DNA from: Flavobacteriaceae bacterium UBA3611
GTDB lineage: Bacteria; Bacteroidota; Bacteroidia; Flavobacteriales; Flavobacteriaceae
DNA: 64,000 bases
Direction of reading: 5' to 3'
Assembly: GCA_002375495.1 (NCBI GenBank)
Contig: DFLU01000005.1
Coordinates: 103,503 to 167,502, forward strand
Under the pieces are notes generated by a model. That model did no database searches and was not told the origin of the DNA. It worked only from the letters and a program-made list of their open reading frames with translations. Positions 28,818 to 38,723 of the stretch are shown in pieces; position 1 is the first letter of the stretch, and every line of letters starts with the position of its first letter. The translations under genes and the position numbers were made by a program.

Positions 28818-29477
28818 TTAGCCCCCTCCCATTTTCGACATGTCTTCCAAGTCCTGAATTTCTGTGCCAACAGGAACGTTTACGTTGTATTCTGACATAT
28901 CCACTTTCTTTTTTACTTCTATTGCGGTATAGGTTAAGGTTACGCCACCTTGAGGAGAAGATTCAAATTGTAAGCTAAGCCCAGGCAGGTCGTCGGGCAT
29001 TTGCGATATGCCTTCTGGGCGCTTTATTTTTTCCGTATACCAAAAAATAGCGGTATTTCCTTCCATATCAGTCATGATCGCTTTTTTACATGTGTACCCA
29101 AGTATTTCCTTCGTTGCGTCAACATATTCGATGTTGTTGTTTTTTGCTGCTTCCTCAGCATCATCTTTTAGGTCGTCAGGATTTCCTTGAAACGCCATGG
29201 TCCCCATCATTCCTTCCATGAGCATGGTCATTTCGTTAGTTTCTCCTATGTTTAACTCTAGTGTTAGCGTCATCATGGTTCCCATAACCGTTCTAACCCA
29301 GTTCTTCTCCGGACTGATGGCCAACTCCATCGTACTGCCGCTCATCATCATCGCCATCATCTCTCCGTCTTCAGAAGTAGTTTCGACATCTGCTTCATAT
29401 TTTAAGTATATCCCTTCTTGGGACATTCCCGTAACGGTAAGGGCAAGTATAAATAGTAAACTAATAATGTGTTTCAT
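28818..29477 (-). CDS. Secreted Met-rich protein (DUF4412/GLPGLI-like)
   Basis: Start MKHIISLL with signal peptide; ILGYTCKKA..WYT..LPGL motif. Confidence 0.75.
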   Translation of the reverse strand: MKHIISLLFILALTVTGMSQEGIYLKYEADVETTSEDGEMMAMMMSGSTMELAISPEKNWVRTVMGTMMTLTLELNIGETNEMTMLMEGMMGTMAFQGNPDDLKDDAEEAAKNNNIEYVDATKEILGYTCKKAIMTDMEGNTAIFWYTEKIKRPEGISQMPDDLPGLSLQFESSPQGGVTLTYTAIEVKKKVDMSEYNVNVPVGTEIQDLEDMSKMGGG

Positions 29478-29560
29478 GATATTAAATTTCAAATAGTATA
29501 AGTCTAAGGTACAATTTTTATAACATATACTGACTGCTATTTTATACGACCTTTGAGATA

Positions 29561-29572
29561 TGACATTTCTCA
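29561..29572 (+). promoter_or_regulatory. FNR-like box 1
   Basis: TGACATTTCTCA, 23 nt before TACATTGG (29596-29603), upstream of a USP gene. Confidence 0.6.
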
Positions 29573-29622
29573 TTCTTTAAAACTCTTTTCAGCATTACAT
29601 TGGCTGTCTAACCTTTAGCACG

Positions 29623-30462
29623 ATGAAAAACATATTATTGCCTACAGATTTTTCAGCAAATTCGATGAATGCAATCGATTATGCCATGCACTTTTTTGAA
29701 AATTGGGAATGCAACTTCTATATACTCAACGTGCAGAAAATTTCCGAATACATAAGTGACGATCTTGTGGCAGGTTCTAAAACCGATTCGATATACGATA
29801 GCATCGCCAGCGACAACAAAAAATTGATTCAGCAGTTGGTAAAAAAATTAAGCAAAAAGCATAAGTCACAAGGATATACTTTTCACGGATTATTCGATTA
29901 TGACGATTTCGTTTCTGCAGTAGACCAAGCCGTTACTTTCCATGCAATAGACCTTATTATCATGGGAACCAATGGCGCTACAGGAGCCAGAGAAGTACTT
30001 TTTGGTAGCAACACACTGAAAATAGTGCGCCATATAGATTGCCCAACGCTTACGATACCCGAGCACTATCGTTATACCAAGATTAACAGTGCACTTCTTA
30101 CTACGCAGCAATGTAAAGACCTTTCATTGAGAGAACTCGAAATTTTTAAAGAAATACTAAATATGCATCAATGCGAGCTCAATATCGTTGAGCTTGACGA
30201 CGATGCTATTGTGATGTCGCAAAAGAAAGACAACCCGCAATTACAGAAGCTATTTAAAGATTACGCATACAACTATTTCAGCCTGAATGCTGTTCCCGGA
30301 CTTATAGCTGTTAATACCGCAACCCAAATCTTGAAGGTTGACTTACACGCTGCATTTATTGAAAAAGAAACCTTTTTAGAGCGCCTACTATTTGGTTCGG
30401 ATGATGCGAAGGTGTTGTACCGAACACTCGTACCCCTCTTATTTTTACATCAAAACGATTAA
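29623..30462 (+). CDS. Universal stress protein (tandem USP domains)
   Basis: ILLPTDFS, DLIIMGTNGATG and GSNT...CPTLTIP motifs. Confidence 0.93.
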   Translation: MKNILLPTDFSANSMNAIDYAMHFFENWECNFYILNVQKISEYISDDLVAGSKTDSIYDSIASDNKKLIQQLVKKLSKKHKSQGYTFHGLFDYDDFVSAVDQAVTFHAIDLIIMGTNGATGAREVLFGSNTLKIVRHIDCPTLTIPEHYRYTKINSALLTTQQCKDLSLRELEIFKEILNMHQCELNIVELDDDAIVMSQKKDNPQLQKLFKDYAYNYFSLNAVPGLIAVNTATQILKVDLHAAFIEKETFLERLLFGSDDAKVLYRTLVPLLFLHQND

Positions 30463-31448
30463 GACAGCTCATTAACGGCATGTTTGCCATCAGCCCAGGC
30501 ATTTAAATTCTCAAGGGTAGCCGATGCAATATTATGCAATGCCTCACGCGTAGCAAAAGCTTGGTGGGGAGTCACTAATGTTTTGGGATGACAAAGAAGT
30601 TGGTGCAATTCCGTATCATTTGGAGCATTGTGTGATCTGTCATAAAAAAACACGCCATGTTCCCGTTCGTACACGTCTGTGGCATATCCTGAAACAAGGC
30701 CTTTGTTAAGGGCTTTTAAAATTTCAGTAGTATGTACAATACCTCCTCTTGCCACATTTACAATAATTGGTTTTTTTGAAAGTTTGGCTATATACGTTTT
30801 GTCAAAAAGATAATGAGTTAGTTGGTTTAGTGGAAGACTAATAAATATAATCTCCGCTTCGTTGGCGAGCGCATCTTTAGAAATATAGCTAACATCATAG
30901 TTGGTTATCAGCTCTTCGTTGCTACTGGTATCATTCGCCACGATGTTACATCCAAATCCGTGTAAGATTTTAACCAGCACACTTCCTATTCTACCAGTTC
31001 CCATTACGCCCACCGTTTTTCCGGTTAAATCGAATCCGATTAGATTATCTAAGAGGAAATTATCTTGAAGTGTCTGTTGCTGGGCGAGCGTTATTTTCCT
31101 GTTGAATGCCAAAAGTAATGCTATAGCATGCTCTGCAATGGCATTTGGAGAATAGCTGGGGGTGTTTGCCACCTTAAAACCGAGATGCCTGGCCGTTTTT
31201 AAATTTATGTTGTCGTGGCCTGCTGACCTCAGGGTAATATATCGCACCCCGAAATCCCTCAATTTAGTGAGTACTATGTCTGATGCGTCATCTGCCGAAA
31301 AAATAGAAATAGCATCGTAGTTTAATGCTTTCATTGCTGTTTCTGAAGTAAGCCGCTTTTCAGTATAGCTTATTTTGTGAATGGCGGCATTTGCTTTTTC
31401 AAGCAATGGTTTTTCAAAAGGTTTGGCACTATAAACGAGTACTTTCAT
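30459..31448 (-). CDS. ldhA: D-lactate dehydrogenase / D-2-hydroxyacid dehydrogenase
   Basis: LRSAGHDN, PSYSPNAIAEH, GTGRIG, VNVARG, DVYE and TPHQAF motifs. Confidence 0.8.
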   Translation of the reverse strand: MKVLVYSAKPFEKPLLEKANAAIHKISYTEKRLTSETAMKALNYDAISIFSADDASDIVLTKLRDFGVRYITLRSAGHDNINLKTARHLGFKVANTPSYSPNAIAEHAIALLLAFNRKITLAQQQTLQDNFLLDNLIGFDLTGKTVGVMGTGRIGSVLVKILHGFGCNIVANDTSSNEELITNYDVSYISKDALANEAEIIFISLPLNQLTHYLFDKTYIAKLSKKPIIVNVARGGIVHTTEILKALNKGLVSGYATDVYEREHGVFFYDRSHNAPNDTELHQLLCHPKTLVTPHQAFATREALHNIASATLENLNAWADGKHAVNELS

Positions 31449-31450
31449 GA

Positions 31451-32086
31451 TTAAAGTAGTAGTAGTTTGTTCTCTCGAAGCGAATTAAAAAGGATCTTTG
31501 TATAGGCATTTATGTTTCTGTTCACTTTGTCAGCATCTACCACTTCAATTTCACCGCGCCACAGCAATTCACGTTCTTTTCCTGGACAAATACAGTACAG
31601 TGAGGTTTCTGTGGTATAGACTTGGTATCGTTCTTTTTCCTGTTTCTGATATTCGTGTATATTGCCGTAGAAGTAATCCTCGTAGGTTGGATAATTTCTT
31701 GAAAAATTTCGATAGGCATCTACTACGGTCACTCTACTTTCAGAGCCCGTGACCTTTGTAAATAATATAGCATCAAAACCCGCATTTAGTAGTCGTTGCT
31801 CTATATTATCGAGTTGTGCGAGCGACTTTTTATTATCGGTAAACGAAGTTTCAAAGAAATCGATACTTTTTACAGCGATGACCCCTTGTTTATCTAGGTC
31901 TTCTGTCATCTTTTTTTCGTAGGTACGCCGCAATTCTGCATCTGCTGAAATACCAACCACCAACACTTTATTGGCCTCGAAGTTTACTGTATCGGGGTTT
32001 TTGTATTGCTGTACCAGCTTTGTTGAGCTGCAACCGCTTACCACCCAAAGGATAAGCACGATGCCGAGGTATATGAGTCTTTTCAT
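31451..32086 (-). CDS. Lipoprotein of unknown function
   Basis: Lipobox VSGC followed by SSTKLV. Confidence 0.75.
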   Translation of the reverse strand: MKRLIYLGIVLILWVVSGCSSTKLVQQYKNPDTVNFEANKVLVVGISADAELRRTYEKKMTEDLDKQGVIAVKSIDFFETSFTDNKKSLAQLDNIEQRLLNAGFDAILFTKVTGSESRVTVVDAYRNFSRNYPTYEDYFYGNIHEYQKQEKERYQVYTTETSLYCICPGKERELLWRGEIEVVDADKVNRNINAYTKILFNSLRENKLLLL

Positions 32087-32271
32087 GAAAATTGATTTTG
32101 TTAGATTAATTTAAAAGGTTTGTTTGCTTCTTGAACTTTATCAATTCATTAATAAAACCGTATTCGTATTTGATAAAAGTTAATTGTAGCATCCATTCTA
32201 GCATTAGGCAAATATTTTTTCTGGAGTACCTTATCGTACTATTCAGCAAGTGATGCTACATTCTCTAGGGC

Positions 32272-32709
32272 TTAATGAAGATTTTTCTGTTTGCTCTTCT
32301 TCATAATTTCTGCCAGCATCTTAAATATGGTCCGCTTGGTTTTTTTCACATCCGCATGCAAATCCATAGTACTAATCATCAACTCGTAATGGGTGTTTTT
32401 ATATTCTTTCACTTCGTTTGGAACATCAATATCATCTATCAACACTTGTAGATTGTTAGCATGCGCTTGCATTTCTTTTAATAAACGCTTAACCCTTTTG
32501 TCATATCCTCTTAACGCAATTGCTATTTGAGCAGCTTTCTCATGGGTTATATTATAAATTAGTTCTAGTGTGTCTTCAGCAACTAAGTCTCTTAAAAAAT
32601 GGAGTTCATCCTGCAAAAATTTTAATTCAGAAATACTCATCCCTATATCGTCGTGCAACCCACTAGGGTTTCTCCATTCAATGTACTTGTAATGTGTGCT
32701 TGTTTTCAT
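32272..32709 (-). CDS. Hypothetical helical protein
   Basis: 145-aa ORF with its own FNR-like box and -7-like element. Confidence 0.75.
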   Translation of the reverse strand: MKTSTHYKYIEWRNPSGLHDDIGMSISELKFLQDELHFLRDLVAEDTLELIYNITHEKAAQIAIALRGYDKRVKRLLKEMQAHANNLQVLIDDIDVPNEVKEYKNTHYELMISTMDLHADVKKTKRTIFKMLAEIMKKSKQKNLH

Positions 32710-32814
32710 GATAAATAAATTAGAAATCAGAAGAGTTCCGAAAATCTATTTACTGCCTAGCAGGTAATGCTTTAGATATACCGTAAAAATAACTGAACAG
32801 CTACCTCTTAGAAA

Positions 32815-32826
32815 TGATAATTATCA
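32815..32826 (-). promoter_or_regulatory. FNR-like box 2
   Basis: Perfect palindrome TGATAATTATCA, 23 nt from minus-strand TATTTTTA (32784-32791). Confidence 0.7.
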
Positions 32827-32899
32827 GTTTTGAAACGGCTGCTTTATTAAATTCACAGATGGATTTAACTATTTCCTCTAGAAAGAGCGTTTCGTACGG

Positions 32900-34270
32900 C
32901 TACACGAAAACAGTAACCACATCATTCAGCTTTGGTACCGTTACACGCCAAGAAAACGTAGCTTCCAGTTTTACGCTGAGTGCTTGTAATGAAGTAGGTT
33001 CACCATGAATTAGAAACGTATTTTCAGGTATATTTTTTATTTCACTCAACCAATGTAAGATCCCGTTCTGATCTGCATGGGCAGAGAGGCTTTCAATGTG
33101 TTCAACCGTAGCGTTCACTGGATAATACTTCCCGAAAAATTTCAGTTCATGTGCGCCTTCCAACAATTGTCGTCCCCTAGTGCCTTCCGCTTGATAACCC
33201 ACTAGTAGAATTGTAGTAGTTGGCACGTCGATGAGTTGTTGCATGTATGTTAGTACACGACCTCCTGTTACCATACCACTACCGGCGATTACAATTTTTG
33301 GTCTGGGGTCGTCAACTGTTTCCCATGTTTCTTTATACGATGAAACAATATGCATCCGTTTTTTCATAGCTTTAAATTCTGTGGGAGGGATTTTATGCCA
33401 TTGCGAAAACCGCTCAAAAACCCCCAGGACATTGCTACCCATAGGGCTATCTATAAATATTGGAATATTAGGGATACGCCGTTCATTATATAATTTCCAA
33501 AGAAGAAACATTAACGTTTGCAAACGTTCTACGGCAAAGGAAGGTATAATCAAAGTGCCGCGATTGTGAATTGTTTTGTTAATGAGTGCAATTAATTTTT
33601 CTGAAACACTCTCTTCTGGATGTAACTTTCCACCGTAGGTACTTTCCAAAAAAAGATAATCTGCCCATTGGGGCTTCTCTGGCGGGAACAATAACAGGTC
33701 ATTTTTCCTGCCTACATCTCCAGAAAATACAAACGTTTTACCAAAAAGCGCTAATTCGATAAAGGTAGCACCAATAATGTGACCGTTATATCGAAATCGA
33801 TATTTACAATTTTCCGAAAGCGAATGCCAGACATCTTTTTCTGCTGGCACCAACATCTTGATGGTGCGAGCGGCATCTTCAATCGTATAAAATGGCAAGG
33901 CTGGTTGGTGTTTAGAATACTTTTCTTTATTGGCACGTTCTGCATCTTCTTCATGTATTTTTGCGCTGTCCAACAATATAATTTTTGTGATTTCCAAGGT
34001 GGGTGAAGTTCCCATTATCTTACCCTGAAATCCCTGTTTCAGAAGCCTAGGTAGATAGCCTGTGTGATCTAAGTGACCATGGGTTAATAACACAGTGTCA
34101 ATGGCTGAAACCTCAAAAGATAGATCCTGCCAATTTTGCTCCCGCAATTCTTTTAGTCCCTGAAACATCCCACAATCTACAAGTATATTTTGTTCGGGTG
34201 TTTCTAATAAAAATTTAGATCCTGTGACGGTTCCCGAAGCTCCTAAAAAATGTATGTTAACAGTATTCAT
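32900..34270 (-). CDS. Metallo-beta-lactamase fold beta-CASP nuclease (YSH1/TTHA0252-like)
   Basis: Start MNTVNIHFLGA; THGHLDH, GHIIG, SGDVG, ESTYG and SAHAD motifs. Confidence 0.92.
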   Translation of the reverse strand: MNTVNIHFLGASGTVTGSKFLLETPEQNILVDCGMFQGLKELREQNWQDLSFEVSAIDTVLLTHGHLDHTGYLPRLLKQGFQGKIMGTSPTLEITKIILLDSAKIHEEDAERANKEKYSKHQPALPFYTIEDAARTIKMLVPAEKDVWHSLSENCKYRFRYNGHIIGATFIELALFGKTFVFSGDVGRKNDLLLFPPEKPQWADYLFLESTYGGKLHPEESVSEKLIALINKTIHNRGTLIIPSFAVERLQTLMFLLWKLYNERRIPNIPIFIDSPMGSNVLGVFERFSQWHKIPPTEFKAMKKRMHIVSSYKETWETVDDPRPKIVIAGSGMVTGGRVLTYMQQLIDVPTTTILLVGYQAEGTRGRQLLEGAHELKFFGKYYPVNATVEHIESLSAHADQNGILHWLSEIKNIPENTFLIHGEPTSLQALSVKLEATFSWRVTVPKLNDVVTVFV

Positions 34271-34271
34271 T

Positions 34272-35108
34272 TCAATTTGAGTTACATAGCATTGAGATTT
34301 CAGAAAGTATTTTTGCTTTGCGGGTTTCAGAAACACCCAAATGATCTAGGTAAAATACGTCGTTGGCCAATTGGCGGCACAGCACAATATCCCGACTTAG
34401 GAGAAATTGTTTTTCTCTATTAGTGAGCAAAGTTGAAACAGTTATTGGATAGAGCCCCAATCGGTCAATGCGATCCTTTAGCCCATTATCTTCAGGGTGG
34501 TCCCAACTAAGCAAATACAAACCTGCACATTTTCCGTAGGCAAGTGCATCTTTCGTAAACCGGGTGTTTGTGACCACCCAGCCTTCATTGGGGCAATTGG
34601 GTGTGTCTTTATATTGCGCAAGAATGTCTTGGTATCTAGAGTGAATGTACAAAGGCACTTTGACGTTACAGGTAGTTGATTTTTCACTATGAAATTTACA
34701 TTCGGCAACAATATGCTGCCCATTTTTAGATGCAATTACATCTACTTCATGCGACACACATTTGCCTTGCATTATTTTGCCCACCTCAACCTCATAACCA
34801 GCATATTTTAATACTGCGCCTATAAAATTTTCGAACGGAAACCCAGTGGGTCCCAACTCATAAATCGCCTTTTTGAGTTTGTATTTAGAAGCATAGATCG
34901 ACTTGCGCCTTTTCAACAGTGAGAACGCACGGTTGTAAATTTCTTTGGTAGAAATACCTTGGTACAATTCATCACGTACCACGTTGATGATATTGTCGAC
35001 AGTGAGTTCATCGGCCCCACTTCGATACAAGCTGGTCCTCAATTTGTCTATTGAAAAATCTACTTTTTCACCAGAAGACTTTATAACTTTAAAGGGTTCT
35101 TTTTTCAT
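34272..35108 (-). CDS. ATP-cone domain fused to Mrr-like PD-(D/E)xK nuclease domain
   Basis: N-terminal VIKSSGEKVDFSIDKL..SL ATP-cone pattern; then FE...EVDV...ECK nuclease motif. Confidence 0.8.
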   Translation of the reverse strand: MKKEPFKVIKSSGEKVDFSIDKLRTSLYRSGADELTVDNIINVVRDELYQGISTKEIYNRAFSLLKRRKSIYASKYKLKKAIYELGPTGFPFENFIGAVLKYAGYEVEVGKIMQGKCVSHEVDVIASKNGQHIVAECKFHSEKSTTCNVKVPLYIHSRYQDILAQYKDTPNCPNEGWVVTNTRFTKDALAYGKCAGLYLLSWDHPEDNGLKDRIDRLGLYPITVSTLLTNREKQFLLSRDIVLCRQLANDVFYLDHLGVSETRKAKILSEISMLCNSN

Positions 35109-35110
35109 AT

Positions 35111-35962
35111 TCAATTGCGGAAATCGTGCAAAGCTAATACGGGTACCTTTGCATTGAGACCCAAATCTTTTACCAAGGGTCTTGAGAAAATAGAACCAAA
35201 AAAGCTGTGTTTTTTATTAATAAAGGCAATCATTTCACTATTGCGGCTTTGCGCGAAGATGTTGAGCCCTGTTTGGACATCGGTATTTTCAAGTGTGTGG
35301 AAACTATATTTCAATCCTTCAAAACACGATTCGAGCAATGCTTTTTTCTCATTCTGTTCTTTTGAAAGTTCTTTTTCTTTTGAAATGTGCAAAATTCTAA
35401 TGGGCGCATTTGTAATGTTCGCAATTTCGTACAGATAGTTGAGCTCTCTTCGTTTATAATGCGTTTTGAAACTGGTGGGAAATACAATTTCGTTGGGTTT
35501 TTTAAAAGAGACATTTGCAGGAACCATAAATACAGGACAGTTGCGCACTTTTTCCATTATTTCGGCAGAACTCCTGCCAAAATTATAATTTTCATCATCT
35601 GTTTCTCCCCTAGAACCTATTGCTATTAGCTCGATATCGTATTTTTCAACCGTATTCTTAATTACTTCTACCAACGGACCAAATTCGCACATGAAATGAT
35701 ATGTATGGTTTGGATACTCATCTTCAAATTTCAGCTGTACCTTCAACCCCTCCATCTTTTTTTCAGAAGTATGCTTTAGTGATTGCAACACATCGCTTGA
35801 AGGTTCTGGAATCGATAAATTGTCTGTCGAGTAACCCAACGAAAAATACGTATTCAAAACATAGAATTCTACTTGTTGGTCTTTAAACAACTCAACTACA
35901 TACGCTATAGCATTTGTTGCATTTTTTGAAAAATCTGTCGGTACTAATATCCTTTTTTTCAT
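35111..35962 (-). CDS. Universal stress protein
   Basis: ILVPTDFS, IAIGSRG, CPVFMVP. Confidence 0.93.
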   Translation of the reverse strand: MKKRILVPTDFSKNATNAIAYVVELFKDQQVEFYVLNTYFSLGYSTDNLSIPEPSSDVLQSLKHTSEKKMEGLKVQLKFEDEYPNHTYHFMCEFGPLVEVIKNTVEKYDIELIAIGSRGETDDENYNFGRSSAEIMEKVRNCPVFMVPANVSFKKPNEIVFPTSFKTHYKRRELNYLYEIANITNAPIRILHISKEKELSKEQNEKKALLESCFEGLKYSFHTLENTDVQTGLNIFAQSRNSEMIAFINKKHSFFGSIFSRPLVKDLGLNAKVPVLALHDFRN

Positions 35963-36019
35963 CTTGATGAGCTTTATGGTTCTTCGTATAAAAATAAGCC
36001 CGAAACAGCCGTTTTACTA

Positions 36020-36031
36020 TGATATTTATCA
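36020..36031 (-). promoter_or_regulatory. FNR-like box 3
   Basis: TGATATTTATCA, 23 nt from minus-strand TATTTTTA (35989-35996); overlaps the upstream USP stop codon. Confidence 0.7.
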
Positions 36032-36877
36032 GTCTTGGGCAGGTACTATCAAAAATGGAATAAGCGAGAATTTTGCAATGTCTTTTACCGTAGCCTCCCT
36101 AAATAACCGCACAAAAACATTGTGCTTGTAATAGATCATTGCCAACAGATCTATATTTTCTTTTTGTATGTATGATGTAATTGCATTGTATGTGTCTGAA
36201 GTGCCCGGCAACCAATTGTTTTCTGGGTTCGTTTCTTCTAAGATTTCATGAAGTTGATGTGCGTTGGCACGTTGCTCGTCTGACTTTTTTTCCTTTTTTT
36301 GAACGTACACCACCTTCACGGTCGCATTTGTTTTTCCTACTAGTTCTAACAAGGGTTCAAGTTCAACTTTTGAGTATGGTCTCTTAAATCCTGTGGCAAA
36401 GGCAATTTTCTCTACCGATTTGAATTCGAAACCCTGGGGAATGATCAATAAGGATGCTTTCTTTATTTTGCGTATCATCGCAAGGGTATTGCTTCCAACT
36501 AAAATATCTGCAGCTCCGGTACTGCCTTTGTTACCCATAACGACAAGATCTGCCTGTTCTTTAACTATTAATTTATTTATTGCTCTTGCTAACGTGAGCG
36601 AGGTAGCTATAGTTTTATAGCTGTGATTGGCATTTGGAACGTCCTTCGCAATGGCATGTTTTACTTCATCACATTGTTCTTCGTAAGTCGAATAGAATTC
36701 TGCAACAACAGCTTCGGTTTTTGCAATATCTACCCGGCTGGTCATATGGCTTACTTGGTTTTCAAAAGAGTGCACAATAATAAATGTACATTCTGTTTCA
36801 GCATACAACTGTGCTGCATATTGTAATGCGGCGTATGCATTCGCTGAAAAATCTGTGGGAACAAGAATTGTTTTCAT
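36029..36877 (-). CDS. Universal stress protein
   Basis: ILVPTDFS, DLVVMGNKGSTG, GSNT. Confidence 0.93.
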   Translation of the reverse strand: MKTILVPTDFSANAYAALQYAAQLYAETECTFIIVHSFENQVSHMTSRVDIAKTEAVVAEFYSTYEEQCDEVKHAIAKDVPNANHSYKTIATSLTLARAINKLIVKEQADLVVMGNKGSTGAADILVGSNTLAMIRKIKKASLLIIPQGFEFKSVEKIAFATGFKRPYSKVELEPLLELVGKTNATVKVVYVQKKEKKSDEQRANAHQLHEILEETNPENNWLPGTSDTYNAITSYIQKENIDLLAMIYYKHNVFVRLFREATVKDIAKFSLIPFLIVPAQD

Positions 36878-36889
36878 AAAGGGAATGTT

Positions 36890-37738
36890 TTATTGTCTCT
36901 CTACGGAAGGGATCACCAAAAACGGGACATTGGTATGATACACCACCTGATTTATGACGGGTTTAAATAATAAGTTTTCTAAAAAATTGTGCTTGTTATG
37001 GATCATCACAATCAAATTGATTTTCGACTTCATTTGAAACTGTTCCACAGCACCCAATACGTCGGTTCCTTCTGCCTCATGAAAAAGGTGTGCATTACGG
37101 ATAAAATAGTTGTCCAAAAACGTTTTAGCTTCCTGTTGTTTTTCGGTTAATGCAGTACCGTAATACACATTCAACATATTTAATTCAGATACGTGCTGTT
37201 CGCACAGTTCCCGGAGCATTGGTAGATACTTATTGTCTTTGTCGAAGTTATAATCTGTAGGAAATAGAATTTCCTTCGGCTCTTCAAAACTGAAATTTTC
37301 AGGAACTGCCAATACGGGAACCTTTATTTTTTTAATGGCATACATGGTGTGTGTTCCCAAAAATATTTCTTTAGCTCCAGTAGCACCTTGCGTACCCATA
37401 ATTACAAGATCTATTCCTTTTTCTTCTATTATTAGTTCCATTTCTGAAATAAGCATATTAAAGCTTGTAGCATATTTCAAACTATGTTTGGGGTTTTTAA
37501 AACTTGCCTCGAGCTTTTCTTTAAGGGCATCCATCTTTTTATCTGCATTTTCTTTGGCTGCTTCTTGCAGTGTTATGGCAGAATAACTGTCCATCATACT
37601 TCCTGCGCTTATCATAGCTGGGGTATAGGTGTGCAACAAATAGAATGTGCATGTTTCCTGTTTATACAATTGAAGCGCATACGCTATGGCATTATAAGCG
37701 TTTTCTGAAAAATCTGTGGGCAACAATATTCGTTTCAT
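36890..37738 (-). CDS. Universal stress protein
   Basis: ILLPTDFS, DLVIMGTQGATG, VPVLAVP. Confidence 0.93.
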   Translation of the reverse strand: MKRILLPTDFSENAYNAIAYALQLYKQETCTFYLLHTYTPAMISAGSMMDSYSAITLQEAAKENADKKMDALKEKLEASFKNPKHSLKYATSFNMLISEMELIIEEKGIDLVIMGTQGATGAKEIFLGTHTMYAIKKIKVPVLAVPENFSFEEPKEILFPTDYNFDKDNKYLPMLRELCEQHVSELNMLNVYYGTALTEKQQEAKTFLDNYFIRNAHLFHEAEGTDVLGAVEQFQMKSKINLIVMIHNKHNFLENLLFKPVINQVVYHTNVPFLVIPSVERQ

Positions 37739-37766
37739 AGTATTCTTAATTTAAGTGAAGTTATTG

Positions 37767-38612
37767 TTATCTCGGTAGGTTTTGAAGGACCAAAAAGGGG
37801 ATTTCTATTTCTAAACCTATTTTTTCGATGGCAGAGCGATACAGCAGGTTTTCTAAATAAGAATGTCTGTGGTTTACCATCACAAGCATATCTATAACAC
37901 TGTCTTTCAAAGTTTTGTTTACTGCTGCGGTAATGTCTTTTCCAGGTGTTTTTATGTAAGAAATTTTCACGTCTTCAAAGCAGCACCCGGCAAGTGCTTT
38001 GTTATCTTGCTGTCTATGTGAAAGTTGCTCAGCTTCGGAAATATGCAGAAAATGAACTCTGGTAACAAATCGTTTCGCGATGGTATTTATAAGTTTTAGT
38101 TCCCTGCGATTAAATGGGAGCATATAATTGGTGGGGAATAGAATATTTTCTGGAGGATACCCGTGAAACCCAACGGGAACCGCTAGCACCGGACAACTAA
38201 CATATTTAATTACTTGAAGTGTCTGGCTACCAAAAGTAATATCGTCTTTATTCGTTTTTCCTTTGGTGCCCATTACAATAATATCTGCATTGCTTGTATT
38301 GGCCAGATCATTTACCTCATCTACCAGACTACCAAATTTGGCCACATATTCATAGGTGTGTTTTGGGTTGGGCGATAGCTCCAACATTTGGGCGATAACT
38401 TTTTGTAATGCCCTTTCTATTGCCGCTTCACTTTTTTGCTTGTATTCTTCAAAGAATTCACGGTCCATTTCCATGGTGTTTTCATATACATCATCGGCAA
38501 AAGCATTCATAATGACAAACCTGCTTTTTTCATATTTGAAGAGTTCTACCGCATAGCGAATAGCATTATCTGCAGTTTCAGAAAAATCGGTAGGAATGAT
38601 GACGGTTCTCAT
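37767..38612 (-). CDS. Universal stress protein
   Basis: VIIPTDFS, DIIVMGTKG, GSQT, CPVLAVP. Confidence 0.93.
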   Translation of the reverse strand: MRTVIIPTDFSETADNAIRYAVELFKYEKSRFVIMNAFADDVYENTMEMDREFFEEYKQKSEAAIERALQKVIAQMLELSPNPKHTYEYVAKFGSLVDEVNDLANTSNADIIVMGTKGKTNKDDITFGSQTLQVIKYVSCPVLAVPVGFHGYPPENILFPTNYMLPFNRRELKLINTIAKRFVTRVHFLHISEAEQLSHRQQDNKALAGCCFEDVKISYIKTPGKDITAAVNKTLKDSVIDMLVMVNHRHSYLENLLYRSAIEKIGLEIEIPFLVLQNLPR

Positions 38613-38668
38613 AGTAGCTGTTTTAGGTTTCCTATCCCAAAGCTACAGTGCGAAACATTCTTATAAAA

Positions 38669-38680
38669 TGATATTTATCA
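38669..38680 (-). promoter_or_regulatory. FNR-like box 4
   Basis: TGATATTTATCA, 23 nt from a perfect -7 element TAGCTTTG (38638-38645, minus strand). Confidence 0.75.
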
Positions 38681-38723
38681 GCCTAATAATAGATTGTACA
38701 TCTATTTGGCAGATAGAAGAAAA

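Noticed and set aside
32132-32143. TGAACTTTATCA as a twelfth FNR-like box
   Set aside because: The left half site is mismatched and no -7-like element lies at the 23-nt spacing seen for the other eleven.
32900-34270. Metallo-beta-lactamase resistance gene
   Set aside because: It has beta-CASP motifs (ESTYG, SAHAD) and no signal peptide, indicating a nuclease.
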